This document shows, in pieces, positions 39,660 to 48,594 of a stretch of 64,000 bases of DNA. Under the pieces are notes generated by a model that was not told the origin of the DNA, ran no database searches, and was given only the letters and a program-made list of their open reading frames with translations. Location of the stretch: NCBI GenBank assembly GCA_963696385.1, contig CAVOKF010000007.1:832001-896000 (forward strand), given 5' to 3'. Position numbers and translations under genes: made by a program. Within the stretch, counting starts at the first letter, position 1; each line of letters starts with the position of its first letter. This DNA is from an uncultured delta proteobacterium (lineage in GTDB: Bacteria; Myxococcota_A; Polyangia; Polyangiales; Polyangiaceae).

Positions 39660-41468
39660 TCAACCGACCCAGCCGCGCCCTCGCAAGGCGACCATGACCC
39701 GATCCGCGCTCCGCTCGAGAGATGAGGCACTCGTGTCGACGACGAGATCCGTCTCGCCGGCCGGATCCTCGTTCGACCCCCTGGGCTTGGGTGCCTCCTC
39801 GTCCGCGACCCGAACGACCAGCAGCCGCGCGGCGGCCCGAACGTCGGCGGCAAGCGGTTCACTGCTCGCGGCCTGCAGTGCGACAATCGCGAGCAGCCCG
39901 GAGGCGGCGATGGTCCGAGCCGCGCCGACGGCGTCGAGGGCGCCCTCGTCGGCCCGAACGACAACGCCGCTCGCGCCGAAATCGAACAGTCGTCGTTCGA
40001 GCGCGTAGGCCAGCGCAACCGCGCGCGACACCGCGGCGCTCCGTACGACGACGAGGCCCCCCGACGTGCCGAATCGTGCCCGACGCTCCCGGGTCCGCAC
40101 GGAAGACGGCGTCGCTCGCTCGCCGGAGCCGCCGTCGTCGGATCGGTGCGCCTCGTCTTGAAATCCGTCCGCATCGATCACCATGCCGGCGCCGACCGTA
40201 TTGTTGGAGATCGCGTCGATCAGAATGAACGATCCGGTCTCCCGGTTGGTCGGGTAGGCGTCGAGCAGGAGCGCGCGATGCGCGGTCAGTGTCACCCTTC
40301 CGATGTCATTCAGACCGAGAGTCGGCGCGGCGACTTCGTCGAGCGTGTCCATGTCCTTGCGCCAATGGATGCGGTCGACTTCGACCCGGACGATCTGGGT
40401 GGTGTGCTTGAGCAGATAGGTCTTGCTCGGGTCGAGGGGCACTTCGTGCATCCACACCAAATGGGCTTCGAAGCTGCGCGCGACCCGGGGCGACTGGCCC
40501 GGATGCACGAACATGTCGCCGCGGCTGACGTCGACTTCGTCCTCGAGCCGGATGACCACCGATTGGGGGGCGAACGCCTCGGCAAGCTCAGCGCCGTAGG
40601 AATCGATCGACTTGACGCAACTGCGCTTGCCCGACGGAAGGACGAGGATCGGATCGCCACGCTTGACGACGCCCGAGCTCACCCGGCCCGCGAAGCCCCG
40701 ATAGTCCAGATTGGGGCGCAGGACGTACTGCACGGGGTAGCGCAATGGCATCGCACGATCGTCGCGCCGCTCGTCGCGAACCGGCACGGTCTCGAGAAAT
40801 TCGAGCACGGTCGGCCCGTCGAACCAGCCGGTGTCCGGACTGCGGCGCACGCAATTGGCGCCCCGGAGCGCGCTGATGGGAAAGAACGTCACGCCCGCGA
40901 ACGAGAGTTGGTCGGTGAACGCCGAGAATTCGGACCGAATTCGGGTGAAGACCGCGCGATCGTACGAGACGAGATCCATCTTGTTCACGCAAACCGCGAG
41001 GTGCGAAATGCCGAGCAGAGACGCGATGTACGCATGGCGGCGGCTCTGCTGCAGGACGCCGAGACGCGCGTCGATCAGGATGACGGCGACGTTCGCCGTG
41101 GACGCACCGGTGACCATGTTGCGCGTGTACTGAACGTGGCCCGGAGTATCGGCGATGATGAACTTTCGCTTGTCGGTCGTGAAATATCGGTACGCGACGT
41201 CGATCGTGATCCCTTGCTCGCGCTCTGCAGCGAGGCCGTCGGTGAGCAACGAGAGATCGATCTCGGTGCCCTGCATTTGCGTCGCTTTCCGAACGGCCGC
41301 GAGCTGATCCTCGTAAACGGAGCCGGTGTCGAAGAGCAGCCTTCCGATGAGCGTCGATTTGCCGTCGTCGACCGAGCCGACGGCGACGAAGCGCAACAGG
41401 TCCTTGTCCTGGTAGCGGCGAAGGTACCCCTCGATGTCGCTCTCGAGGAGATCTCGGTCGGAGCCCAT
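39660..41468 (-). CDS. cysN: Sulfate adenylyltransferase large subunit with degenerate C-terminal APS-kinase-like domain
   Basis: GSVDDGKSTLIGRLL, EREQGITIDVAYRYF, DTPGH, NKMD, GSFILID..SNNTVGAGM. TGATG overlap with cysD. Confidence 0.93.
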   Translation of the reverse strand: MGSDRDLLESDIEGYLRRYQDKDLLRFVAVGSVDDGKSTLIGRLLFDTGSVYEDQLAAVRKATQMQGTEIDLSLLTDGLAAEREQGITIDVAYRYFTTDKRKFIIADTPGHVQYTRNMVTGASTANVAVILIDARLGVLQQSRRHAYIASLLGISHLAVCVNKMDLVSYDRAVFTRIRSEFSAFTDQLSFAGVTFFPISALRGANCVRRSPDTGWFDGPTVLEFLETVPVRDERRDDRAMPLRYPVQYVLRPNLDYRGFAGRVSSGVVKRGDPILVLPSGKRSCVKSIDSYGAELAEAFAPQSVVIRLEDEVDVSRGDMFVHPGQSPRVARSFEAHLVWMHEVPLDPSKTYLLKHTTQIVRVEVDRIHWRKDMDTLDEVAAPTLGLNDIGRVTLTAHRALLLDAYPTNRETGSFILIDAISNNTVGAGMVIDADGFQDEAHRSDDGGSGERATPSSVRTRERRARFGTSGGLVVVRSAAVSRAVALAYALERRLFDFGASGVVVRADEGALDAVGAARTIAASGLLAIVALQAASSEPLAADVRAAARLLVVRVADEEAPKPRGSNEDPAGETDLVVDTSASSLERSADRVMVALRGRGWVG

Positions 41469-42382
41469 CAAAAGTAACCCTCGCGCTTCTTCATCTCCAT
41501 CGAGGCGTCCTCGTCGTGGTCGATGAGCCGCCCCTGACGCTCCGAGACGACCGCGAGCAGCATTTCGCGAATGACCTCGGGGAGGGTCGTCGCGCTCGAT
41601 TCGATGGCACCGGAGAGCGGATAGCAACCGAGCGTGCGGAAGCGCACGACCCGCTCCTGTGGCTTCTCGCCCGGATCGAGGCGCATGCGGTCATCGTCGA
41701 CCATGATCCAGGTCCCGGATCGTGCGACGACGGGCCGCGGTTTGGCCAGGTACAGCGCCACGATCGGGATTTCCTCGGTCCAGAGGTACAGCCACACATC
41801 GAGCTCGGTCCAGTTCGACAGCGGAAAGACGCGCACGCTCTCGCCGAGATTGATCCGGCAGTTGTAGAGCGACCAGAGCTCGGGCCGCTGACTCTTCGGA
41901 TCCCACTGGTGGAAGCGATCGCGAAACGAAAATACGCGTTCCTTGGCTCGCGACCGCTCCTCGTCGCGCCGCGCGCCGCCGAACGCGCAATCGAAGCGAT
42001 GCTTCGTGAGCGCCTGCTTGAGCGCATCGGTTTTCATGACCGTCGTGTACTTGTTGCTTCCGTGGTCGAACGGGTTGATGCCCTGCTCGACCCCCGACGC
42101 GTTCGTGTGCACGATGAGTTGCGCGCCGACCTCCCGGGCCGTCCGGTCGCGATGGGCGATCATTTCGCGAAACTTCCAGGTGGTGTCGATGTGCAGCAAC
42201 GGAAAGGGCAACGGCGCCGGGGCGAACGCCTTTTGCGCCAAGCGCAGCATGACCGAACTGTCCTTGCCGATCGAATAGAGCATCACCGGGTTTTCGAACT
42301 CGGCGACCGCTTCGCGGATGATGTGAATGCTCTCCGCCTCGAGAGTCCGCAGGTGCGTCAGCCTTCGCTTGTCGAGATCCAC
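41468..42382 (-). CDS. cysD: Sulfate adenylyltransferase small subunit
   Basis: GTG start at 42382. [45 protein letters not shown]. Confidence 0.95.
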   Translation of the reverse strand: MDLDKRRLTHLRTLEAESIHIIREAVAEFENPVMLYSIGKDSSVMLRLAQKAFAPAPLPFPLLHIDTTWKFREMIAHRDRTAREVGAQLIVHTNASGVEQGINPFDHGSNKYTTVMKTDALKQALTKHRFDCAFGGARRDEERSRAKERVFSFRDRFHQWDPKSQRPELWSLYNCRINLGESVRVFPLSNWTELDVWLYLWTEEIPIVALYLAKPRPVVARSGTWIMVDDDRMRLDPGEKPQERVVRFRTLGCYPLSGAIESSATTLPEVIREMLLAVVSERQGRLIDHDEDASMEMKKREGYF

Positions 42383-42530
42383 CGTGAAAACGTCCTTCGG
42401 TCGTTGCGACCGGTAAAGCGACGGAGTAGTGCACACCCGAGCATTCGGCGGCCGAGTGTAGCAAGCGAGACGTGCCGGCGCGGCGGCCGAAAGCCGATTC
42501 GACGACGATACTTGATCCGGCAACCTCAGC

Positions 42531-43280
42531 ATGGCCCGCCCTCCGCCGTCGGTTCGAAGCGAACGCAGTCTGGCCGCCGTGAACCGCGAATTTTACGACG
42601 CGCTTTGGGCGCACTCGCGCCTCGTGCCCGCCGAGCGCTTCAACACGTGGCCCCTCGTCCAGTCGCTTCTCGCTTCGTCGCCGTCAAGACTCGAAGTCGC
42701 TCCCGGATTGCGACCGCGGCTTCCGATCCAGGGAACGACGTTCGTCGACATGAGCGAGCCCGCGGTCGCCAAGCTGCGCGAGCACGGCGCCGATGCGGTC
42801 GTGGGGGCCATATCGACCCTGCCGCTGCCGAACGCCAGGTTCGATCTGGTCGCCGCCCTCGATATCGTCGAGCACGTCGACGATGACGACGCGGCGCTCT
42901 CGGAGCTGTCGCGCGTCGCGACAGCCGCCGCCACGCTGGTGCTGTCGGCACCGTTTCACCCGTCCCGGTGGACGGCGTTCGATGACCTCGTCGGCCACCG
43001 AAGGCGCTACGAGCCCGACGAGCTCGTCGAGAAACTCAGGCGCCATGGTTGGCGTGTCCAGGTGTCGGCTGTCTACGGCATGCAGCCGCGCTCGTCGCGC
43101 CTGCTCGATTACGCCGTTTGGCAACTGCAGAACCGCCGCGACAGGGCGATCTTCTGGTACGACCGCGTCATCTTGCCGCTGGCCGTCTTCTTCCAAAAAG
43201 GGCTGAAGCTCACGCCCGGGATGCTGGACGCGGCGGGCGTGGACGAGGCCCTTCTCGTTTGCCGCAAAGGCGACGCGTGA
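42531..43280 (+). CDS. Class I SAM-dependent methyltransferase
   Basis: [39 protein letters not shown]. Confidence 0.82.
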   Translation: MARPPPSVRSERSLAAVNREFYDALWAHSRLVPAERFNTWPLVQSLLASSPSRLEVAPGLRPRLPIQGTTFVDMSEPAVAKLREHGADAVVGAISTLPLPNARFDLVAALDIVEHVDDDDAALSELSRVATAAATLVLSAPFHPSRWTAFDDLVGHRRRYEPDELVEKLRRHGWRVQVSAVYGMQPRSSRLLDYAVWQLQNRRDRAIFWYDRVILPLAVFFQKGLKLTPGMLDAAGVDEALLVCRKGDA

Positions 43281-43537
43281 GGGGATCTTCGAGGTCGCGG
43301 GTTGGGGACGCGGTCGCGGTAGTCGCGGTCGAGGGGTCGAGGGTCGATCGATACCGCGCGTGCATAAAAATGGGTGGCCGGCGGAACTGCCTCTCTATGC
43401 CCGTTCAGCCTGGTGCGGCCGGGTTTTGCGGGCGATCTTGGGTCCGTCGGTAGCCGAGCTGCGCTATTTCGATGCCGACTTCGCAAGGCGTGTCATATAA
43501 GCGGCGGCCAGGCCGCTTTCCTCGGAGGTTCTTCGCT

Positions 43538-45379
43538 ATGTCCGCTATCGAGTCACGCGTGTTCAGAAGCCGCCCCCAGCACTCCTCGCCGACTTGGGCG
43601 CGACTGGTCTTTCGCGGCGTCGCGGTCGCAACCTTCTCGCTCGCGCTGGCTTCTGCGTGCAGCAGTTCGGGCAACGGCGGAAACGTCTCCGGCAACGGCG
43701 GCAATGGCAGCACCAACAGCGGCAGCGGAACCAACTACAGCAACGGCAACAGCAACAGCAACAGCACCAACACCGGTAGCGGGACCAACTACAGCAACGG
43801 CGGCAGCAACAGCACCAACACCGGCAGCGGCAGCGGCAACACCGGCAACGGCAGCGGCAACACCGGTAACGGCAGCGGCAACACCGGCAACGGCAGCGGC
43901 AACACCGGCAACGGCAGCGGCAACACCGGCAGCGGCAGCGGCAACACCGGCAACAACTCGGGGATCACCGATGGGGGCGGCGACAGCACGGTCTCGCCCG
44001 CAGATGGCAGCTCGGGCTGCACGAATACCGACACGAGCGTGATCAACATCGACTCGTCGGGATGGGCTTGCAATAACCAATGGGACATCGAGGGAGCGTG
44101 GTACTGCTACGCCGATAGCGACGGCACGAGTGACTGCGGCGGAACGGGCGCCATTCCGTACAAGGCGGCGTCGAGCGGCATGTGCATCAGCGGCACGACG
44201 AGTACATCGACCAGCGGCGCCTACGGTGCCGCCATCGGGCTCGTCCTCAACCAAGTCGCGCAAAACGACGCCGACAAGCTGTCCTACAACGCGACGGCCA
44301 AGAACATCGTGGGCTTCGCCATCACGGTGACGGGCACCACCGGCGGGTCGGTTCTCAACGTGAACTTCCCGTTTGGGGGAAAGCCCGGGGTGACGTCGAC
44401 CGGAGAGAACCCGGCGGTGACCCTGCCCGGCGTGAGCAGCGGATCCTCGCCGATCACGTACAACGTCATGATCGCCGACGCGATCATTTCGGACAACACC
44501 ACCGCGTTCCCCGCCACCACGGTCAACGCCTCGGAACTCAACGACATTCAAGTGGCTATACCCAGCTCGGACGGCATCGCTCACGCGTACAACTACTGCG
44601 TGACCAAGATCGTGCCGATCACGGCGGCGGCCGCCGCGCCGGCCACCCAAGGCAACTACGGACCGGCCTTCAACGAAGGCAAACAAATCGTGCTCGAAGG
44701 GCTCGGCCCGTACGGTATCCAGAACGACCCCTTTGGCATCGGTAGCGATCCCATCAGCGTGCAAGCCACGTACGGAGGCGGCCAAATCGGCTTCTCGGCG
44801 ACGCCCTCATTCAACACGGTCGGCTCGAACACGCCCGGCGCGTTCCCCTCGATCGTCTACGGCTGGATAAACGGCGCAAACGTCTTGGGCGCATCGGAGG
44901 GCGGCTATGCCGCCAACAAGTCGATCGGATCGCTGACCTCCGTGAAGTCGAACTGGTCGTACACGGCGGGCAGCGGGTCGTGGGATGCCGCCTACGATAC
45001 CTGGCTGGCCGGCTCTGCGGACCCACTTACCGCCGGATACGAGCTCATGGTTTGGCTCGGCCATGGCAGCGTCAACCCGATCGGTGCCCCAGGCACGTCG
45101 GTAACGGTGTCGGGCGCGACGTGGACCGTCAGCGAAGGCACCGACCACACGGGCCAGCCCGTCGTCTCCTATCTCAGCCCGAGCAACATGGCCTCCGTGA
45201 CCGATTTCGATCTGCTGCCGTTCTTTCAGGAGGCCGCAACGAGCCATCGGGGCACCGGGGGTCCAAACAACGAGCCGGCCATCAGCACGAGCACCATCCT
45301 GCTCAGCGTGCAGGCTGGCTTTGAGCTGTATGAATCCGGAACATGGACGACGAATTCGTACAGCATTAGTATCCAGTAA
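43538..45379 (+). CDS. Glycoside hydrolase family 12 lipoprotein with Asn/Gly/Ser linker and probable carbohydrate-binding domain
   Basis: GGAGG RBS, lipobox LASAC. PGAFPSIVYG, WDAAYDTW, YELMVWL, PIG, FDLLPFF, LLSVQAGFE. Confidence 0.85.
   Translation: MSAIESRVFRSRPQHSSPTWARLVFRGVAVATFSLALASACSSSGNGGNVSGNGGNGSTNSGSGTNYSNGNSNSNSTNTGSGTNYSNGGSNSTNTGSGSGNTGNGSGNTGNGSGNTGNGSGNTGNGSGNTGSGSGNTGNNSGITDGGGDSTVSPADGSSGCTNTDTSVINIDSSGWACNNQWDIEGAWYCYADSDGTSDCGGTGAIPYKAASSGMCISGTTSTSTSGAYGAAIGLVLNQVAQNDADKLSYNATAKNIVGFAITVTGTTGGSVLNVNFPFGGKPGVTSTGENPAVTLPGVSSGSSPITYNVMIADAIISDNTTAFPATTVNASELNDIQVAIPSSDGIAHAYNYCVTKIVPITAAAAAPATQGNYGPAFNEGKQIVLEGLGPYGIQNDPFGIGSDPISVQATYGGGQIGFSATPSFNTVGSNTPGAFPSIVYGWINGANVLGASEGGYAANKSIGSLTSVKSNWSYTAGSGSWDAAYDTWLAGSADPLTAGYELMVWLGHGSVNPIGAPGTSVTVSGATWTVSEGTDHTGQPVVSYLSPSNMASVTDFDLLPFFQEAATSHRGTGGPNNEPAISTSTILLSVQAGFELYESGTWTTNSYSISIQ
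43817..43954 (+). repeat. Coding 21-bp tandem repeat (NTGNGSG/NTGSGSG), 6 units plus a partial
   Basis: aacaccggcaacggcagcggc-type units at 43817, 43838, 43859, 43880, 43901, 43922. Confidence 0.9.
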
Positions 45380-45508
45380 CGAGTCATTCATTGCGCCCTC
45401 GCGTTGCCTCGCTCGGTGACGCCAACAGGGGCGGCCCGCCCCCCGCTGGTCGCCCCGCTGCGCAGTCTGGAGTCGGTAGCGCACCGGGGGGCACTGCAAG
45501 GGGACCCG

Positions 45509-46735
45509 GTGAAGAAAATGTCGAAGACGCTCCGTTACGCCTCGGCGGTGTGGATCCTGGGCGGGCTGGCCTTCGGGGGCTGGGCCGCAGGGTGCTCCAG
45601 CACCCCAACGAACGGCAATCCAGCGGGAACCGGAACCAAGGACGCCGCGGCGGGAACCGACTCCGGGTCGTCGGCAAAGGTCGACGGCGCTACGACGGCG
45701 ACCGACGCCTGTACGCCCAGCGAAGCCGGCGGCGATGGCGGCGACGCGGGCTCGTATACCTACACGCTCATCGACAATATGGAGACGACGACGCACGGCC
45801 CAATCCAGCTCGCCGGGATCAACCCGCCGTATACACCGGCTTACTGGTTCAACTTCGGAGCCACCGACGAGGACGGCGGAGACATGGCGACGCCGCCCAT
45901 CACGATGTTCACGTTCACGGCGCTCCCCAGCCCGACGACAACGCTCAACTGCACCGAGAGCTTTCACGCCGCTCACCAAGAATGCCTGCTCTACGGCCAA
46001 TACGACGTTTGCGGGATCGGGCTCGAGTTCGTCCAACTGCCGGTGACGGATGTGGAGGACGGCGGCGGAGGCGAAGACGGCGGCGCGACTGGAAACGCGG
46101 ACGCGGCGAGCAGCGATGGGGCGACCCTGGACGCGGGCGGGGCGAGCAGCGATGGGGCGATCCACGACGCGGGCGGGGCGAGCAGCGATGGGGCGATCCA
46201 CGACGCGGGCGCGGATGGCGGCGACCCCTCGACGGGAGATGCCGGCGATGCGGACGGCAACGCGGGGACTGCAGACGCGAACGAGGACGGCGGCGACGCG
46301 GCCTCGATTCCTCGCGTCACCGTGCCGTTCGACATCAGTCAGTACAAGGGCATCACCTTCTGGGGTAGGGCAGCGGCCGACAGCGAGGGGCTCGACGCCG
46401 GTGGGCTCAGCATCAAGGTTGAATTCCCCGATACGGACACCGATCCGCGGGGCGGGGTTTGCGACAGCGCGGTCGCTGGCGTCCCCTACGTGGGGTATAC
46501 TGGATTTTGCTACAATAGCTATGCAGAGACTGTGACGTTTACCGACGAATGGCAGCAGTTTACGATCCTGTTTTCTCAGCTGGCCATTGATTCGACGTTC
46601 GGTTACCAGCATCCGGGGCCGTTTACGGGCACGAACGTGTACGGCATCGAGTGGCAGGGCCAGGACAACAACGCGCCAGGCATGGGCTCGGTGACGGTGG
46701 ACTTCTGGGTCGACACCGTTTACTTCATCCAATAA
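45509..46735 (+). CDS. Lipoprotein with CBM11/CIA30-like carbohydrate-binding jelly-roll
   Basis: Lipobox WAAGC, LIDNME, WFNF, FDISQYKGITFW, DTDPRGGVC, WQQFTILFSQL, VDFWVDTVYF. Start 45509 (GTG) or 45518. Confidence 0.72.
   Translation: MKKMSKTLRYASAVWILGGLAFGGWAAGCSSTPTNGNPAGTGTKDAAAGTDSGSSAKVDGATTATDACTPSEAGGDGGDAGSYTYTLIDNMETTTHGPIQLAGINPPYTPAYWFNFGATDEDGGDMATPPITMFTFTALPSPTTTLNCTESFHAAHQECLLYGQYDVCGIGLEFVQLPVTDVEDGGGGEDGGATGNADAASSDGATLDAGGASSDGAIHDAGGASSDGAIHDAGADGGDPSTGDAGDADGNAGTADANEDGGDAASIPRVTVPFDISQYKGITFWGRAAADSEGLDAGGLSIKVEFPDTDTDPRGGVCDSAVAGVPYVGYTGFCYNSYAETVTFTDEWQQFTILFSQLAIDSTFGYQHPGPFTGTNVYGIEWQGQDNNAPGMGSVTVDFWVDTVYFIQ
46106..46210 (+). repeat. Coding 36-bp tandem repeat (ASSDGAIHDAGG-like), ~3 copies
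   Basis: gcgagcagcgatggggcga recurs at 46106, 46142 and 46178. Confidence 0.85.
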
Positions 46736-46856
46736 TCGTCGCGCGCGACACGGCCGGTAGCCGTCACGGCGTCGACGGGCCGCCGGGCCGGATGCGCAAG
46801 GCCGTCCGTGACGGCCGATCGACCGGCTCGTCGACGCCTGCGCCCGGCCCGCGGCA

Positions 46857-48335
46857 TTACCTCAGCCCGGCCGGGGCACGCCAATCGTGGACCGCTGTCG
46901 TATCGCTGTCGGCACCGTTCGGGCGATACCCGAGGAATCGCTGCTCTTTGATGACCCGCGCCACTTCGGTCGGAACCATCTTCTCCCAGGCCGGGTCGGA
47001 GGCCTGAATCTTTTTCAAGGCGTCCGGAGAGAACATCGACAAGTGCTCTTCGGTGTATCGCTCGAGCGCGCGGATGTTGCCGTTGTCGACCAGATAGCCG
47101 TAGAGCTTGTGCAAATCCGGCGCGATGGGGAGGTTTTCGACGGTCGTGAGCCCGCCGGTCTCCGCGTCCAAGAAAGGATAAATGTAGAGGCGCAAATCGT
47201 ATTTGAACAAGCGCCCGAACGACTCGAGAATGCCCCCTTGGAGCTCCGTATAGTACTTTCGGTCGAAGACGTCTTTCAGGCTTGCCGCACCCATAACAAT
47301 CGCAATCTTCATCTTGGTGAATTGCGTGAGGTAAGCGGCCAGCTGGTAGTATTGAAAGTAGTCGGAGATCATCACGGTCATGCCCGCGGCTGCGAGCATC
47401 TCGGCGCGCGCGAGAAAGTCGCTCCGGTTCACCTCGCCGCCTTCGGCGCGCAAGTCGCGCATCGTGACTTCCATCACGCGCACGATGGCGCCGCCCTCGT
47501 TGCCGACGTCGCGTCGAAACTGCGACTCGGCCGAATCGAGCATGTCGACGTGCACGAGGCAAAGAGGGCGAAACGCGCCGCGCTCGACCAGTACGTTGCG
47601 CTTGTGAAGGACCTCGGCCGGTTGGAGCACGTGACCGTTCGGCCCGAACATCGCAGCGCCCGACAAGCCGATCTGCACGAGCTTCATGCTCATCAGTCGG
47701 TTGTCGACGTGGCGAAACTCGATCCCCGAGAACTCGATCATGTCGATTTCGATGCGGTCGATGGTGAGGTTGTCGAGCAGCGACTCGACGAGCATCTCGG
47801 GCTCGTGGAATAGGAAAAAGGCGCCGTAGAGCAGGTTGACTCCGACGATCCCGAGCGCCTCCTGCTGAAGGGCGTTCTCCTTGTCCTTCATGCGGACGTG
47901 AAGAATGATTTGACTGTCCTGGTCGCGGGGATGGGATTGAAACTTGACGCCCATCCAGCCGTGGCATTCGTTGGTTCCGCGGTAGTTGCGCGCCGACACG
48001 GTGTCCGCGAAAGCGAAGAAGGCCGTGTGGTCGCCGCGGCTCTCCTTGAGGCGGTTGAGGTTGAGGTCGTGCTCGTAGTCGAGCATCGACTGAAGCCTCT
48101 GGCGGCACACGTAGCGTTCGGCTTTGCCGTAAATCGCGTCGCTCACCGTCATGTCGTAGGCGGAAATGCTCTTGGCGATCGTGCCTGCACCGCCTCCGAC
48201 GCGGAAAAACCACCGGACCACCTCCTGACCGGCGCCGATCTCGGCGAACGTGCCGTAGCGGCGCGCGTCGAGGTTGATTGTCAACGCCTTGGAGTGCGTG
48301 TCCTTGACCGTCTGGGTTGCGGCGTACGTCACCAT
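46857..48335 (-). CDS. Cytoplasmic nucleotidyltransferase-like (nicotinate-nucleotide adenylyltransferase-related) protein
   Basis: KALTINLD..RYGTFAEIGAGQEV, FFAFADTV, ERGAFRP...H, GGILESFGRLF. No signal peptide or barrel. Confidence 0.7.
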   Translation of the reverse strand: MVTYAATQTVKDTHSKALTINLDARRYGTFAEIGAGQEVVRWFFRVGGGAGTIAKSISAYDMTVSDAIYGKAERYVCRQRLQSMLDYEHDLNLNRLKESRGDHTAFFAFADTVSARNYRGTNECHGWMGVKFQSHPRDQDSQIILHVRMKDKENALQQEALGIVGVNLLYGAFFLFHEPEMLVESLLDNLTIDRIEIDMIEFSGIEFRHVDNRLMSMKLVQIGLSGAAMFGPNGHVLQPAEVLHKRNVLVERGAFRPLCLVHVDMLDSAESQFRRDVGNEGGAIVRVMEVTMRDLRAEGGEVNRSDFLARAEMLAAAGMTVMISDYFQYYQLAAYLTQFTKMKIAIVMGAASLKDVFDRKYYTELQGGILESFGRLFKYDLRLYIYPFLDAETGGLTTVENLPIAPDLHKLYGYLVDNGNIRALERYTEEHLSMFSPDALKKIQASDPAWEKMVPTEVARVIKEQRFLGYRPNGADSDTTAVHDWRAPAGLR

Positions 48336-48594
48336 GGTGGGGGCGATGCTAGCGCATCGACGGTCCGGCAGTCGTTGCGCGAGCCACGAAACGTTTCGTA
48401 TTCGATCCTCATCATGTGTCTGGACGATGAATTTTCATTTTCGCGAGGACCGGCCGACGCGGAGTTTCGTGTTCCCCAACCCGAACGCACGATCCGAGTC
48501 GCGCCCTCCTTGCACGGCTGCAGTGGCCCGATAGCATTCGACGCGTTCTGCTCCAATTCGTAGATGGTATTCCGGCGTTTTCGGGTCGACGGCA

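Noticed and set aside
46857..48335. TonB-dependent receptor (a label often attached to this family)
   Set aside because: No signal peptide, plug or barrel strands; the sequence looks like a cytoplasmic alpha/beta protein.
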